Of a stretch of DNA of 64,000 nucleotides, positions 61,512-64,000 are shown piece after piece. A program made the translations under genes and the position numbers. Numbering within the stretch: the stretch's first letter is position 1; every line of letters starts with the position of its first letter. Origin of the DNA: Azolla caroliniana. Taxonomy: Eukaryota > Plantae > Polypodiophyta. The DNA lies in NCBI GenBank assembly GCA_043228905.1, contig JBHGNT010000008.1, forward strand, positions 2,108,001-2,172,000, written 5' to 3'. A model generated the notes under the pieces. It was given only the letters and a program-made list of their open reading frames with translations, was not told the DNA's origin and did not search any database.

Positions 61512-64000
61512 TGTAAAAAGAAACGTGCGGAAGCAGGTATGAAGACAGAACAGAGGAAGGAAACTCAGGTTCAATGGAGAGCTTGGGCTTACACGGTATA
61601 CGCGGAAGAGACAGAGAGAGAGAGAATCCACAAAGAAACGTGCGGAAGCAGGTATGAAGACAAAACAGAGGAAGGAAGCTCAGGTTCAATGGAGAGCTAG
61701 GGCTTACACGGTATACGCGGGAGAGACAGAGAGAGAGAGAGAATCCACAAAACTATATTCAATAATAATACTCAGTTTGTACATAAGACGTGCTCAGTGA
61801 ACACTTTTATACAAGCCCTAGAAGGACTGAGTGAAGTACTGACAGTACTTCAATGCTCATCAAGAGCTCCTACACTAACTCCCAAATATATTCCTCACGG
61901 AATATCTTTCCTAACGACCTCCCAGTTTATGCACTCAGCCTAACCGATCGGTCCCAACCGATCCGGTCCTCGGCTTCTTCAGCCGAACCGGCCGATGTTG
62001 AGCTTGTCTCTCAACACTCCCCCTCAAGCTCAACTTGAGGCTCTTCGAGATCCTTGGGCACACAACTCCGGTTCCTCCTGGCTTCACGCCTCGCTCGCGC
62101 TCCTCGACCTGTTCGACTCCGCACGCTTCGACCCTTACGGTCGGCTTGTCTACTCATGTGACACTTCTTCTGCTGCCTTTTCTTCCGCTATTGCGTTGTC
62201 GACACTTCTTCTGCTGCCTTTTCTTCCGCTTGGGCCTCGGTTGATTCAACGTGTCTGAATCAAACATCTGAACCGACTCGGCTACTTCCGATTGGTTTTC
62301 ACTCTCGTCCGAGTTGGCTGTCTCCAACTCGTCTTCGGTCTTCTCGTCCTCGATTGTCATCTCCCCCATGCGTGGTTGGCATCGGCTCTCTCCTTCGGCT
62401 GCTCCCCTTCTGTCTGCTTCCGAACTTTTCCGCGGGTCCACCCTCGGCTTCTTCAACTGATCCGATGTCGAACTTGTCAAGAGACTCGGTGTCGCGATGT
62501 CCGCTCCTTTCCTGCTGCCTTGCTTGGTCGTTCGGGACTGTTCTCCCCCTCAAGTTCGGCACATCAAGGTGACGCAACCCGAGCGCACCTGAGAATTGCC
62601 GCAACTTGTCCAGACCAAGAGGCTTGGTGAAGATGTCGGCAGTCTGCCGATCCGTCGAAACGTATTGAAGTTCGACTTCACCGGAAAGGACACGCTCACG
62701 AACGAAATGGTAGTGCACCTCAATGTGCTTGGTTCGTGCGTGGAAGACGGGGTTCTTTGCGAGCTAGATGCTACTGAGGTTGTCGCAGTAGATCGTCGTC
62801 GAATCTGACACCTCCACGTGCAGGTCCTTAAGTAGCCGCTTCAACCATATGGCTTCGCATGTCGCGATAGCCGCTCCTCGGTACTCAGCTTTGGTGCTCG
62901 ACAGTGTAACAGTCGGCTGCTTCTTACTGCTCCACGCAATCGCGGCACTCCCGAGGGAGAACGCGTATCCAGACGTGGATCGGCGATCGGCGGCGTTGCC
63001 AGCCCAATCAGCATCGGTGTAGCCAACTAACTGCGCGGTTGTACCGGTCCGATATAGCAGTCCTCGGTCCTTAGTGCCACTTACGTATCGCAGTACGCAT
63101 TGCGCACACTGAAGGTGCTCCTTGGTAGGTCGCGCCATGAACTGACTGATCACCCCGACCGGATAACTAAGGTCGGGTCGGGTGATGGTCAAGTATATGA
63201 GGCTTCCGACAATTTGTCGGAACCTCGTCGGGTCGCATACCTTTCCCGTATCGGGACGAAGCTTGATGGTTCTGTCCAGAGGAGTCGAGACGGTCTTACA
63301 GTCGGCCATCCCGAATTTGAAGAGCATACTCAACACGTAGTGACGTTGGCTGATCAATATGCCTTCGGGGGTACGGATCACTTCGATCCCGAGGAAGTAA
63401 TGAAGGTCCCCCAGATCCTTCATGTCGAACGATGCCGCAAGCTGGAGCTTCACGCGGTCGATTTCACCTAGGTCGGCGCCGGTGATGACCAAGTCATCAA
63501 CATATAGTAAAATACTAACCGGTCCGAGTCGACCTTTCCGGATGAACAGGGAAGAGTCCGATTTTGACGTGGCAAAGCCCATCCGACGTAGTTGTTGCGT
63601 GATCTTCGCGTTCCAGGCACGCAGGGCTTGCTTCAGTCCGTAAAGGGACTTCTTCAGTCGGCATACTGCCGAGGAGTTTGTTCCGGAGTGAAATCCGGGG
63701 GGTTGTACCATGTACACCTGTTCCTCAAGGTCACCTTGTAGGAACGCATTCTTTACATCCATCTGATGTAAGTGCCACCCCTTGGCCGCGGCTACTGCGA
63801 GCAAAACACGGACGGTCGTCATTTTCGCGACCGGCGCAAACGTCTCATCGTAGTCGATGCCATGTTTCTGCGCATAGCCCTTTGCCACCAGCCGAGCCTT
63901 GTACCGGTTGACCGAGCCATCGGTGTTGTACTTGACCTTGTACACCCACCTACACCCAATCGGTTTTACCCCTTTTGGTGCGTCAACCAGGTCCCAGGTC
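61512..64000 (-). mobile_element. Ty1/copia element F (relative of E), 3' part, inserted in the gag of E; runs off the right edge
   Basis: 3' LTR 61512-62016 (with a 115-bp internal tandem duplication), PPT 62017-62028, and RT/RH. Confidence 0.93.
62299..64000 (-). pseudogene. Copia F RT-RNase H with C-terminal extension; one CAG>TAG-type stop at 62764
   Basis: YKARLVAKG, LYVDDLVI, YTDADWAG and HYHFVRE, with the frame open past LRGR to 62299. Confidence 0.9.

Noticed and set aside
62035-62630. env-like gene in the copia F 3' region
   Set aside because: The sense frames are short and highly charged with no signal peptide or transmembrane segment; the hydrophobic ORFs are antisense shadows.

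Overview
Repeat-dense land-plant genomic DNA. It is probably from a non-seed plant such as a fern; this is inferred from the TE lineages and is not proven. There is one host gene: an intronless 550-aa FANTASTIC FOUR (FAF)-domain gene (9140-10792, minus) rich in coding hexamer repeats. Almost everything else is transposable element. The left end holds a partial Ty1/copia element, a decayed L1-clade LINE, a copia remnant and a 5'-truncated LINE. From about 15.8 kb to the window end is one nested TE complex, with most junctions resolved to the base by target-site duplications (TSDs): LINE-3 > copia E > copia D > chromodomain gypsy G > 4-bp-TSD TIR transposon H (Sola1-like) > near-intact LINE-2 > copia B. 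Copias A, C and F are side insertions. Main leads: (1) gypsy G has no tRNA PBS but has an 11-nt Tf1-like self-priming complementarity, a hairpin that could mask the 3' copy of the primer, and an antisense tRNA-shaped Pol III-type module in both LTRs; (2) a Sola-like DNA transposon with a putative C-terminal chromatin-reader-like domain; (3) a copia family with a duplicated PPT and a conserved acidic read-through extension after RNase H; (4) covarying hairpin arrays in copia LTRs; (5) a LINE family with an extra ORF2 domain and a conserved T-tract 3' end. All calls were made by eye, with no database searches.
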